NCBI GenBank assembly: GCA_035084275.1
Contig: CM068768.1
Span: forward strand, 7,812,001 to 7,876,000
Source of the DNA: Hydrolagus colliei
Lineage: Eukaryota
Reading direction: 5' to 3'
DNA length: 64,000 nt
Shown: positions 38,201 through 48,763 of the stretch, piece by piece
How the letters are laid out: the number at the start of each line of letters is the position of its first letter
Numbering within the stretch: position 1 is the stretch's first letter
The notes under the pieces: model-generated
What the model was told of the DNA's origin: nothing
Databases searched by the model: none
Seen by the model: only the letters and a program-made list of their open reading frames with translations
Made by a program: the position numbers and the translations under genes

Positions 38201-38929
38201 GTCGTATTTTCTAAACGAACTCCAATGGGGAAAACGGTGCGAAAAGTTGCAGCCTTTCCATGATGTGGATAAGAATATATATATATTGTGTATGTATTAT
38301 ATACCCAGTTGTGTGGTAATTTCGTCACTCGAAAAAAGCAATAGCTTTGGATTTTTTTTTAAAAAGAGGATATAATCTATATTAAAATCTGTCTGTCTGA
38401 AAATTTACTTGGTGAAGTATAAGACCCAGGGAATACATTCTTTGGATTGATTATTCATTGTGAGTCTACAGAAAAAAAAACTGCCTTGATGCCTTGTTTT
38501 TTTCTCTCAGTCATAAAATTTGCTGGAGATTTTACTTGGTTTAACAATGCAAGCGTCCCACTGTATTGTAGAACTGTGTCTCACTGCCTCCTGTTATTTT
38601 CTGATACATCGATGTAATTTTTCTAATTCTAAATTAAAAATGAAGTCAAAATCTCATCGCCAAAAAAAAAACCTGTTGTTTTAGTCATTAAGTAAGACTT
38701 TTCCTTGCTGTGCTCTTTGAAGGACGTCCTCTTCAAGCTTATAATTTACAAGGGCATTTGCCCCTATGCAGGAGTAGGCCATTCAGCGGTTCAAAAACCT
38801 AGATCTTGTCTGATCTTATCAATCCACGTCCTCCACCGCCCATCGTCAACATCAGTGTTCAGGCCTTCAGCCTCTCTGCCCTCACCCTTTGATCTCTATC
38901 CCACAGTCCATTCGCCATGCTCTCTTCTC

Positions 38930-39252
38930 ACATGCGGGAGACCTGGGTTAAGTTCTCGGCAGGGCGAAATGTTGTGCAATTTCCTTACTCCACACTACCC
39001 TGATAACCTGGTAGTAAGTAGGAACTCGTTGTTAGTCAATTGGCGGTTCGCGTTTCTGGTTTAGGACATAATAAAATTGGTCATTTCAATCCACGACTGT
39101 CTGTGGGGGACGCTGCTGTGCGCAACTGGCTGCCGCATTTCGCCCACAAATATACAGTCAATTTGCTTTACAGTATATTCTGTGAAGCGCTTTGAGACGG
39201 CGATAAGATGTGAAAAGCACGATATCAAATGCACGGATTATTATTTATTATT
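38930..39252 (+). mobile_element. tRNA-derived SINE
   Basis: Partial head, core and tail. Confidence 0.85.
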
Positions 39253-40399
39253 ATCTCAAAGACGGGATAAGGTCCTATATTACACAGATATTTGTGTAAT
39301 TGTTGTTGCTGTTATTGTTCAGCTTATTAGGTCTTGAGGACAGGATTTGAGTTGGGTTTGGACTAGTAATAATAATAATAATCCTTGCATGTGATATAGC
39401 GCCTTGTTACATCTTGAAAGCCAATTGCGCACAGAGGTCACGGATTCAATTACAAATTTAGCATTATTTTGTTGAATTAGTTTTTCTTAAAGGGATTATT
39501 ACCCCCCCACTTGAAAAACCGATCTGCCAATCGACTAACAGCTGGGTTACGACAATTTGCGACAGACGGGTTTCTCCCTGCTCAGGAATCATATTCGGGG
39601 TCTTGTTGTTAGATTTGTCCTAACCTGCGGAGTGCTGGTTAGAGCATTCATCGCACAAGCGAGAGAAACCCAATTTCTGCCAACGGGCATGGGTGAGTGA
39701 ACATATATAATGTCCCTTGGTCTACCTGCGGTGGTTAGCTCATTTTCCTGCAGTTCCTATTTATCGAATATACCCAAACACATTTTGATACCTGCTCTAC
39801 CTGTTTGATTTAGGAGGAACTGTGTTCTCTTGATCAGACAAACAACATCGCCTATTGATATAATCCGCCGCTGATGGGTTTCACAGTGGGTGGATCACAG
39901 ATGTTTGTTTCACCACTTCTTGGCGCCGTTTTGCGCTTGGAAAATTAACAGATCTGGTTATGCGACATACTTGACAGCGATCATCAATCTTTATTGACTT
40001 GGAAATTATGCAAAATTATTTTGTGAAATAAGTATTTCCTCCTACGATACTTCTGCTTTCCTCTGTCACTTGCCCAGCCGGCCTCCACACGTTTCCTCAC
40101 GTCTGCTGAGGAAGCCAGATCTCCGAGTAACTTCTCCCCTTCGATGCTGAACTCCAGTAGATTTTCGAGAAGACCGGAAGGTAAATAACGACAGCTTCGT
40201 GCAATGTGTGAGAAACCTGACCTTGAACCCTTTACCAATGCACTTTACAAGCTAATATCTGTTCCAAATCAAGTGAATTTAAGGCAGGAAAATGTACCTC
40301 TTTTCTGAGAATCTCCTCTCAGTAAGGTCGGATGTACTCTAACCTCTGGCAAAGGTTTGGTCACCTTTCTCCCCCTGCACCACCAACAACAATAACAAC

Positions 40400-40985
40400 T
40401 TTGATTTATATAGCGCCCTCCACCCCGGTGGAGAGCCAGGGGCAGGGGGAGAAAGGTGACTAAAGGCATGGTTGAATAGAAAGGTCTTCAGCTGAGACCT
40501 GAAACTGGGAAGAGAGGGGGAGAGGCGAACGGAGTGAGGAAGAGAGTTCCAACCACTGGGGCGTAGTGGCTGAAGGCGATGGTGGAGCGTAGGATTCGGG
40601 GGACAATGAGGAGGCCAGACCGCTGGAGCAAAACCAATGGGTGCTGGTTTAAGGAGAGAGGAGGTCTGTGAGGTAGAGGGATGCAGAGGAGTGGAGAGAT
40701 TTTAAAACAAGGGTGAGGATTTTGAAATCAATCCTCTCCAGGAGAGGGAGAGCAAATGAAGTCTGGCAAGGACAGGGGTAATGGGAGAGTGAAGTTTGGT
40801 GTGGGTGAGAATGCGGGCGGCAGAGTTTTGAATGAGTTGGATTTTATGGATTGTGGTGGAATGGGAGACCGGCGGGGAGGGCATTGGAATAGTCCAGCTG
40901 AGAGGTGACAAGGGCATGAACCAGGATTTCATTGGCTTTTGGGATGAGATATTGCCGGAGACGGGCGATCCATCGGAGGGAGAAA
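40400..40985 (-). mobile_element. L2-clade LINE fragment
   Basis: [30 protein letters not shown]. Confidence 0.85.
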
Positions 40986-41420
40986 CCTGATGTAAGTTTC
41001 CTTACTTACCGCACCACTGAATAACTAGCAGCAAGTAGGAACACGGTTGCTAATTGATTGGGGAATCTTTTTTTGTTGTAGGAGTAATAATTACTTAAAA
41101 AACCATGATGATGAATAATTAAATAAATTGGTCACTCAATCGACAACTGTTTTTGTGTCCCACAACTGGCTCCCATGTTTCCCCCAGTAAATATACAGTT
41201 ACGTCACTTTACAGTATATTCTCAAAAATGTGATAATGTATATATCAAATGCAAAGATTATTATTCTTATTAATGAGTCATAACGTCTGGTGCAGTTAGC
41301 ACCAGTTAATGATACTCCATGGGTTCCTTGTGATTTTGATGTCAAATATAGTTTTCAGGAAAAAGTAACTGAGCTGGATCGACAATCACTGGAGATCACG
41401 TCAACACGAACCTTTAAACT

Positions 41421-42479
41421 ATGGAATCAAATATTTTCAATAAGAAGATGTACCTCAGAGTTCTTTTATTCACAGTGATTTTACTGTCCATAACATATTA
41501 TTTAATGCCATTTCCATCGCTGTCCATTTTTAACGCTCAAATTTCAGAAAATTCCCCAAACATCCCGTTGTCTATCATAGAGACAAGCAAGGCAACGAAA
41601 GAGCATCACGTTATGAAAACTGATATTGCTTCCAAAGGCTTTTGGACAATTAATTCCCAAGGGCGTCTCGGCAATCAAATGGGGGAGTATGCCACATTGT
41701 ACGCATTGGCCAAATTGAATGGCAAACAAGCCTACATTCCCCATGGCATGGCCAATTACCTGTCTCCCATCTTCAGAATTAACCTTCCCACCCTCCACAA
41801 GAGTATGTGGCAAAGGGTACATTGGACGAACTATAACCTGAATGACTGGATGGAGGAGAGGTACCATCACATCCCTGGAGACTATGTTCAACTCACAGGA
41901 TTTCCCTGTTCATGGACCTTCTACCATCACATCCGAGAGGAAATCCTTCGTGAGTTCACCTTCCATGATCATATCATTGAGGAGGCCAACAAGTACTTGA
42001 GAAGCATCAGCAAAGGGCAAGCCAATGTGACCTATGTGGCTGTCCATGTTCGAAGAGGAGACTATGTGCACACTATGCCAAACGTTTGGAAGGGAGTTGT
42101 GGCCGATAAAGGCTATTTGGAAAAAGCAATGTCTTACTTCAGGAAGAAGTACAGCAACGTGGTGTTTGTGGTGACAAGTGATGGAATGGCTTGGTGCAAG
42201 GACAACATAGATGCTTCCAAAGGAGACGTTCACTTCTCAGGAGATGGACAGTCAAGCAGCCCAGCCAGAGACTTTTCCCTTCTCGCTCACTGCAATCACA
42301 CTATAATGACAATCGGGACCTTTGGTATTTGGGCTTCCTACCTCGCTGGAGGGGAGACTGTCTATCTCTCTCACTACACTTTACCCAATTCACCTTTTTT
42401 AAAACTCTTTAAATACGAGGCAGCTTTCTTACCTGAGTGGATAGGGATCCCGGCTGATCTCTCATCTCTTCTGCCCTAG
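41421..42479 (+). CDS. FUT2: Galactoside alpha-1,2-fucosyltransferase (GT11; FUT1/FUT2/SEC1-like), copy A, 352 aa
   Basis: Single-exon ORF with an N-terminal type II TM segment and motifs [55 protein letters not shown]. The symbol marks the family; 1:1 orthology is not established. Confidence 0.95.
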   Translation: MESNIFNKKMYLRVLLFTVILLSITYYLMPFPSLSIFNAQISENSPNIPLSIIETSKATKEHHVMKTDIASKGFWTINSQGRLGNQMGEYATLYALAKLNGKQAYIPHGMANYLSPIFRINLPTLHKSMWQRVHWTNYNLNDWMEERYHHIPGDYVQLTGFPCSWTFYHHIREEILREFTFHDHIIEEANKYLRSISKGQANVTYVAVHVRRGDYVHTMPNVWKGVVADKGYLEKAMSYFRKKYSNVVFVVTSDGMAWCKDNIDASKGDVHFSGDGQSSSPARDFSLLAHCNHTIMTIGTFGIWASYLAGGETVYLSHYTLPNSPFLKLFKYEAAFLPEWIGIPADLSSLLP

Positions 42480-42534
42480 AAACCTTGAGCTATTCAGGTT
42501 TGGGAATCCTTAGCGTTTCTGGTTACCCCAGAGA

Positions 42535-42920
42535 GTAAAGTTCTAAATCCTTGTCCTCACCCTCAAAGCCTTTCATGGCCTAGCTCCTTCCAAGCTCTGT
42601 AACCCGCTATCCTAACATCAACCTGTCCGCTCCCTCCGGTCAGCGGCCTCTGGGCTGCTCACACACATCCCAGCATCGGCAGGCCGAGCCTTGAGCCACT
42701 CTGCCCCCAACTTTTGGAATTCCATCCTGCAATCTGTCTGTCCCCTCCCTAGCCTCCTTCAGGTCGCACCTCAAACCCCTTCACTTTGACCGTGCCATTG
42801 GTCAACTCCCTTCCCTCCATCCTCCCCAATCCGGACCCCAACTCGGATCTGAAACAGTGGCTGTCCAGCACCTTGGGCTGCCTTTCCAACATGAAAGGTG
42901 CTTACAAATGTAATGTTGTT
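42535..42920 (+). mobile_element. L2-clade LINE 3' end downstream of FUT-A
   Basis: atcggcaggccgagccttgagccactctgcccccaacttttggaattcc motif and L2 tail. Confidence 0.75.
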
Positions 42921-43078
42921 GCTTGACACCCAAATTAACCTGTTTCTAGATCCACTATTTTTTTGTCCATTGGCCTATCAGATATCAAGGTCTTGATGAG
43001 CTGTACAATTTTCCACAGCTCAAGCATAAACCATCCACCTTGACGTTAGCCTCTCAACGACAACGGACATAACAATTT

Positions 43079-43321
43079 NNNNNNNNNNNNNNNNNNNNNN
43101 NNNNNNNNNNNNNNNNNNNNNNNNNNNNNNNNNNNNNNNNNNNNNNNNNNNNNNNNNNNNNNNNNNNNNNNNNNNNNNNNNNNNNNNNNNNNNNNNNNNN
43201 NNNNNNNNNNNNNNNNNNNNNNNNNNNNNNNNNNNNNNNNNNNNNNNNNNNNNNNNNNNNNNNNNNNNNNNNNNNNNNNNNNNNNNNNNNNNNNNNNNNN
43301 NNNNNNNNNNNNNNNNNNNNN
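43079..43321. other. Assembly gap
   Basis: N run. Confidence 0.99.
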
Positions 43322-44150
43322 TTCGTCTCACAAGTGAGAGAAACACAACTTCTGTGAATGGGCATGGCTGAACATGTATGAAGTTTCTATTTTAAAACTT
43401 GCTCCACAAGTTCTGCTTTAGCATCCTGGAGGAAGGAGGGAGGGAGGGAGGGAGGGAGGTGGTGCATGGGGTGTTTCAGTGGGTGGTTTGAAGTGGAGAT
43501 GTATTATGGGCGAGTGTTCCAGAGTTTAGGGGAGTAGTAACTGAAACCAAAAGAATATCTGACATTGCAAGTGAACGCTCTCCATTCCAGGTCTGACAAC
43601 TTCAAGTTCCCCGGCCTCTTTCTCTCTCTCTCTCTCTTCTCTCTCTGTCTCTCCCTCCCTCTGTCTCTGCGTTTCTTAAACCCTCTAAACCAGTGCACAA
43701 CCTTGTGCAGCTCTATCCTCCACTCTCCCTTTTCAATCGCGTTGAGTTCCTTGACCACTTCAAAGTGGACTTTCCCCTTTCTCCACATCAGCATTGCTTC
43801 CCCCTCCCCTCCCGCCATCCCACGTTCCCTTCTCTGCTGTATGATAACAATATTGTACACTGATACTTGTATTTGATCAAATTGAATAATCTCAAATGGC
43901 TTCACAGGAAATACGTTGTAAAGTGAATTGATGGTGTATTTTATGGGCATAACGCAGCAGCCGATTGCACACAGTAGTGTGTCCACAAAATGTCGTGGAT
44001 TTGGGTGACCCAAAATTTTTTTTGGTTCAGATAATAACTAAAACTATTAAAGCAGTGACTGATTTGCTCATCTTTGGTTGGATTCTCCATGATCTGTCTC
44101 TGATTCCCTCTCAACGACAACAGCGACAACAATTTGCGGTTTAGCGTCCC

Positions 44151-44246
44151 GGAGGGAGGGAGGGAGGGAAGCAGGCAGGGAGGGAGGGAGGGAGGGAGGC
44201 AGGGAGGGAGGGAGGCAGGCAAGGAGGGAGGGAGGGAGGGAGGGAG
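44151..44246. repeat. (GGGA)n tetranucleotide repeat
   Basis: Directly visible. Confidence 0.92.
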
Positions 44247-44376
44247 GCGGAGTTCTAGTTAGAGCATTCATCTCGCAAGTGAGAGAAACACAATTTCTGG
44301 GAATGGGCGTGGCTGAATATGTTTGGGTTCCTATTTTGAAACCTTGCAGAAGTTTAACATGCATTACATCCGTGCT

Positions 44377-44655
44377 TGGAGAACCTGTAGTTCAGTGGTT
44401 AGAGAGCTCGCCTTACAAGCGTGAGACCTGTGTTTCGAATCCAGGCAGATCAGGGCGAAACCTTGGGCAAGTTTCCTTACTCCACACACGTGCTTGATAA
44501 TAATCAGTAAAAAAAAACACCTTATAATAAATTGGTTATTTTCAATCCACGACTGTTTGTGGGGGAACGCCACTGAGCGCAATTGGCTGCCATGTTTTTC
44601 GAGTAAGGAAACTTGCCAAAGGTTGCGTTCGCCCTGTCCTGTCCGGGAATCGAAT
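44377..44655. mobile_element. Second copy of the composite SINE (head-core-inverted head), truncated
   Basis: Same internal junction as 14276-14904. Confidence 0.8.
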
Positions 44656-44658
44656 CTG

Positions 44659-45095
44659 AGTTCCAGAGCCTTGGGGCGTAGGAGCTGAAGGCGCACCCAC
44701 CGGTGGTGGAGCGTAGGATTCGGGGGACAACGAGGAGGCCAGACCCGCTGGAGCAAAGTCAACGAGGAGGTCTGAGAGGTAGAGGGATGCAGAGGAGTGG
44801 AGAGATTTTAAAACAAGGGTGAGGATCTTGAAATCGATCCTCTCCTGGAGAGGGAGAGCAAGTGAAGTCTGGCAAGCACAGGGGTAATGGGAGAGTGAAG
44901 TTTGGTGTGGGTGAGAATGCGGGCGGCAGAGTTTTGAATGAGTTGGATTTTATGGATTGTGGTGGAGTGGGAGACCGGTGGGGAGAGCATTGGAATAGTC
45001 CAGCTGAGAGGTGACAAAGGCATGAACCAGGATTTCAACAGCTTTTGGGGAGAAATATTGCCGGAGACGGGCGATCCGTCGGAGGGAGAAACCTG
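44659..45095 (-). mobile_element. L2 fragment, near-identical duplicate of 40545-40990
   Basis: ORFs 44808-45038 and 40702-40932 differ at only a few residues. Confidence 0.87.
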
Positions 45096-45232
45096 ATGTA
45101 AGTTGTCTTACTCACCACACCACTGAATAACTAGCAGTAAGTAGGACCTCAGTTGCTAATTGATTGGGGAATTTTTTTTGTTGTAGAAGTAATAATTACT
45201 TTAAAAACCATGATGATGAATAATTAAATAAA

Positions 45233-45394
45233 TATTTGGGCTTCCTACCTCGCTGGAGGGGAGACTGTCTATCTCTCTGACTAACTTTACCCGATTCACC
45301 CTGTTTAAAACTCTTTAAATACGAGGCAGCTTTCTTACCTGAGTGGATAGGGATCCCGGCTGATCTCTCACCTCTTCTGCCCAAGAAACTCTGA
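45233..45394 (+). pseudogene. Alpha-1,2-fucosyltransferase 3' remnant (about 1.2-kb deletion plus 1-nt frameshift)
   Basis: Matches the FUT 3' end from [15 protein letters not shown] to ...LLPKKL*. TACACT is reduced to TAACT, giving an early stop. It is fused directly to a copy of the FUT-A upstream flank. Confidence 0.9.
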
Positions 45395-46481
45395 ACTAAT
45401 CAGGTTTGGGAATCTTTAGCGCTTCTGATGATTTGGATAGGTTGAAATATAATCCTAAAGTGATTCTGGTACTCTAGCAATTATGTACCTTTCCTATCCA
45501 ATGTTGCACACTTTTTCTCCAAAATCTCCCTCCACTATTTATCAAGCCCCTGCAATCTGGCATCTGTCCTGCCCATAGGTCTGAGACAGCCCTTGTCAAG
45601 GTCACCAACAACATGTTCTCCTTCCCTCTTCTTCTCTCTTTGGATTTAGACTCTTTCTGCCTCTTGTCCTCCATGACCTCTCTGATGCTTCTGACATTCT
45701 CGACCATTCTATCCACCTCAATCACCTTTGCTCAGTCTCCATAACCAGGGTCCTCTCTTTATCCTAGTTGACGCATCGCCTGTACTTTGTCTCGTCTAAT
45801 GTTTCCACTTCCGCTTTACTTTCCTGCCCCTTCACAGTCAACTGTGGAGTACCTCAGGGTTGTTTCCATAGCCTCTTCCTTTTCTCCATCCCCATTCTCC
45901 ATCTTACGTTAGAAGATATAGCTCAGAAATGGTCCATTTTGTCCAACGGGTCTGTGCTGGCTTTTATGCTTCACATGATCCTCCTCCCGCACTTCCTCAA
46001 CTAAGTCTACAAGCATAACCTTCTATTCCTTTTCCCCTCATGTGCTTGCCTAGCTTTCCATTCATTTATTTTTACTTGAAATTTTAATTAAAGTTAATTG
46101 TGTGACTCTAATTAAAATCAGAGTCACATGTTGCCTTGTGACTATTATTCAAATACCCAGAGCTACTGATTAACGTAGATAACAGTGAATCCCAAAGTAA
46201 CTCAATTGTTCAACTCGCCCTGAACCCAAACTTTTTTCTATTCAATTACAGTAACTGTCGACCCCTCGACAGCCGGGGCAGAGACACTCTCGTGAAAGAA
46301 GTGGAATCCTTTTCCGAGATTTCGAAAGGCGCTCTCTCTCTCTCTGCAGCGAAACATAAGAGAAGCAGGGATCTTAAGTGGGGTTAAGCGGCGAGGATTC
46401 CTTCACAGACAGAGACATTTAGAGTTCTTTGCCGTCAACCAATTTTCTCTTCTATGCATTTCCTTTGATGCTTTAGTATTG

Positions 46482-47555
46482 ATGGAGTTCCATTCTTTCG
46501 GTAAGAAGTTGTATGCTGGAGTTCTTTTGTTCAGCGTTATTTTACTGTCCATTGCATATCATTTAAGGCCATTTCCACCACTGGCCATTTGTTTAAAAGG
46601 TAAATTTTCAAAATGTTCCACGAAAGTGAATTTGCCCATCGCAGAGACAAATAAGACAATTAAACAATATCACGTTACGAACTCTGTTATTGCTTCCAAA
46701 GGCTTTTGGACAATTAATTCCATAGGGCGTCTCGGCAATCAAATGGGGGAGTATGCCACATTGTACGCATTGGCCAAATTGAATGGCAAACAAGCCTACA
46801 TTCCCCAGGCCATGGCCAATTACCTGTCTCCCATCTTCAGAATTAACCTTCCCACCCTGCAGGAGAGTATGGGTCAAAGGGTACATTGGACAAACTATAA
46901 CCTGAATGACTGGATGGAGGAGAGGTACCGTCACATTCCTGGAGACTATGTTAAACTCACAGGATTTCCCTGTTCATGGACCTTCTACCATCACATCCGA
47001 GAGGAAATCCTTCGTGAGTTCACCTTCCATGATCATATCATTGAGGAGGCCAACAAGTACTTGAGAAGCATCAGCAAAGGACAAGCCAATGTGACCTATG
47101 TGGCTGTCCATGTTCGAAGAGGAGACTATGTGCACATCATGTCAAAAACTTATATGTTGGGAGTTGTGGCCGATAAAGGCTATTTGGAAAAAGCAATGTC
47201 TTACTTCAGGAAGAAGTACAGCAATGTGGTGTTTGTGGTGACAAGTGAAGGAATGGATTGGTGCAAGGACAACATAGATGCTTCCAAAGGAGACGTTCAC
47301 TTCTCAGGAGATGGACAGTCAAGCAGCCCAGCCAGAGACTTTTCCCTTCTCGCTCACTGCAATCACACGGTAATGACAATCGGGACCTTTGGTATTTGGG
47401 CTTCCTACCTCGCTGGAGGGGAGACTGTCTATCTCTCTAACTACATGTTATCCAATTCACCCTTTTTAAACATTTTTAAATACGAGGCAGCTTTCTTACC
47501 TGAGTGGATAGGGATCCCGGCTGATCTCTCACCTCTTCTGCTCAAGAAACCTTGA
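46482..47555 (+). CDS. FUT2: Alpha-1,2-fucosyltransferase (GT11), copy B, 357 aa
   Basis: ATG at 46482 follows a pyrimidine tract ending ctttag (probable acceptor after a non-coding exon). All GT11 motifs are present. Confidence 0.94.
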   Translation: MEFHSFGKKLYAGVLLFSVILLSIAYHLRPFPPLAICLKGKFSKCSTKVNLPIAETNKTIKQYHVTNSVIASKGFWTINSIGRLGNQMGEYATLYALAKLNGKQAYIPQAMANYLSPIFRINLPTLQESMGQRVHWTNYNLNDWMEERYRHIPGDYVKLTGFPCSWTFYHHIREEILREFTFHDHIIEEANKYLRSISKGQANVTYVAVHVRRGDYVHIMSKTYMLGVVADKGYLEKAMSYFRKKYSNVVFVVTSEGMDWCKDNIDASKGDVHFSGDGQSSSPARDFSLLAHCNHTVMTIGTFGIWASYLAGGETVYLSNYMLSNSPFLNIFKYEAAFLPEWIGIPADLSPLLLKKP

Positions 47556-48603
47556 GCTAATCAGGTTTGGAAATCTTTAGCGCTTCTGATGATTTGGTTA
47601 GGTTGAAATATAATCCTAAAGTGATTCTGGTGCTCTAGCAATTATGTAACTTTCCTATCCAATGTTGCACACTTTTTCTCCAAAATCTCCCTCCACTATT
47701 TATCAAGCCCCTGCAATCTGGCATCTGTCCTGCCCACAGGTCTGAGACAGCCCTTGTAAAGGTCACCAACAGCATGTTCTCCTTCCCTCCCTCTCTCGCC
47801 CTCTCTTTCTCTCTCTCTGGACTAGGACTCTTTCTGCCTCTTGTCCTCCATGACCTCTCTGGTGCTTTTGACATTCTCGACCATTCTATCCAGTTCAGTC
47901 ACCTTTGCTCCGTCTCCGCAACCGGGGTCCTCTCTTAATCCTAGTTGACACACCGCCTGTACTTTGTCTCGTCTAATGTTTCCACTTCCGCTTTACTTTC
48001 CTGCCCCATTCACAGTCAACTGAGGAGTACCTCAGAGCTCTTTCCTTACATTGATCGATGTAACCTCTCAGTTCCGGGTTCAGTCTTGTGAATCACCTTT
48101 CCAAGATTCTTGGTGGTATCATCCATGGATACAGGATTAGTTGCTTTATTGTAATAATATTCTAATAATAATACCAGTAGTATTTGATATCGTTCCTTAT
48201 CACATGATTGAGTCTTCTGCTGTGAAGAGCTTTGAGACATCTAAACAACGTGAATGACGCTCTACTGAAAGCAAGGTTTAAGAATTGTAGATTATTTATT
48301 GTAATGATCTTCAGATGAACGTCTTTTTGAAATTATAAAATGTCTATGGACATTTGTACCTTGTACTCCTTGTACCTTGTTGGCTAATTATTAATTCCAT
48401 CCACTTTACCGATCCCACTGAGCGATTCTGAATACCTTGAGAAAAAACAAAGAAGATTAAGGGCAGCGTTTCAAGCCAGCGCTGTTATCTCACTTCACCT
48501 GAACTCTAGCCCTGCCCACCCTCTTTGACTTTGACTTCCGTGCTAATTCCAGTGTGGTTGCTTCGAAGCACAGCTTGTCCATCGCACCCTCGTCTCGGTT
48601 GCG

Positions 48604-48763
48604 ATGTTTCTCTTCCTGCTGATCGCCCTGTTGCTTTCAGTTGCAATCATTACGGGCAGCTTTTTCTACTGCTTGAGTGCCAACCCTTTCAGCGTTGATG
48701 CCAGGAAACTAGCTCAGCCTCTGGTCCTCGATAGAAGTGCCAGAGACAAGATCCTCAAGCGAG
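48604..48763 (+). CDS. RETSAT: RETSAT-like exon 1
   Basis: [16 protein letters not shown]...NPFSVDAR...ARDKILKR; G|gtgacc. Confidence 0.88.

Noticed and set aside
41544-42412. Antisense and alternative-frame ORFs repeated in each FUT copy
   Set aside because: They recur because the DNA copies are near-identical; there is no independent evidence.
46255-46272. Small palindrome ctgtcga-N4-tcgacag upstream of FUT-B and FUT-C
   Set aside because: Only a 7-bp stem, and its presence in both copies is explained by the recent duplication.
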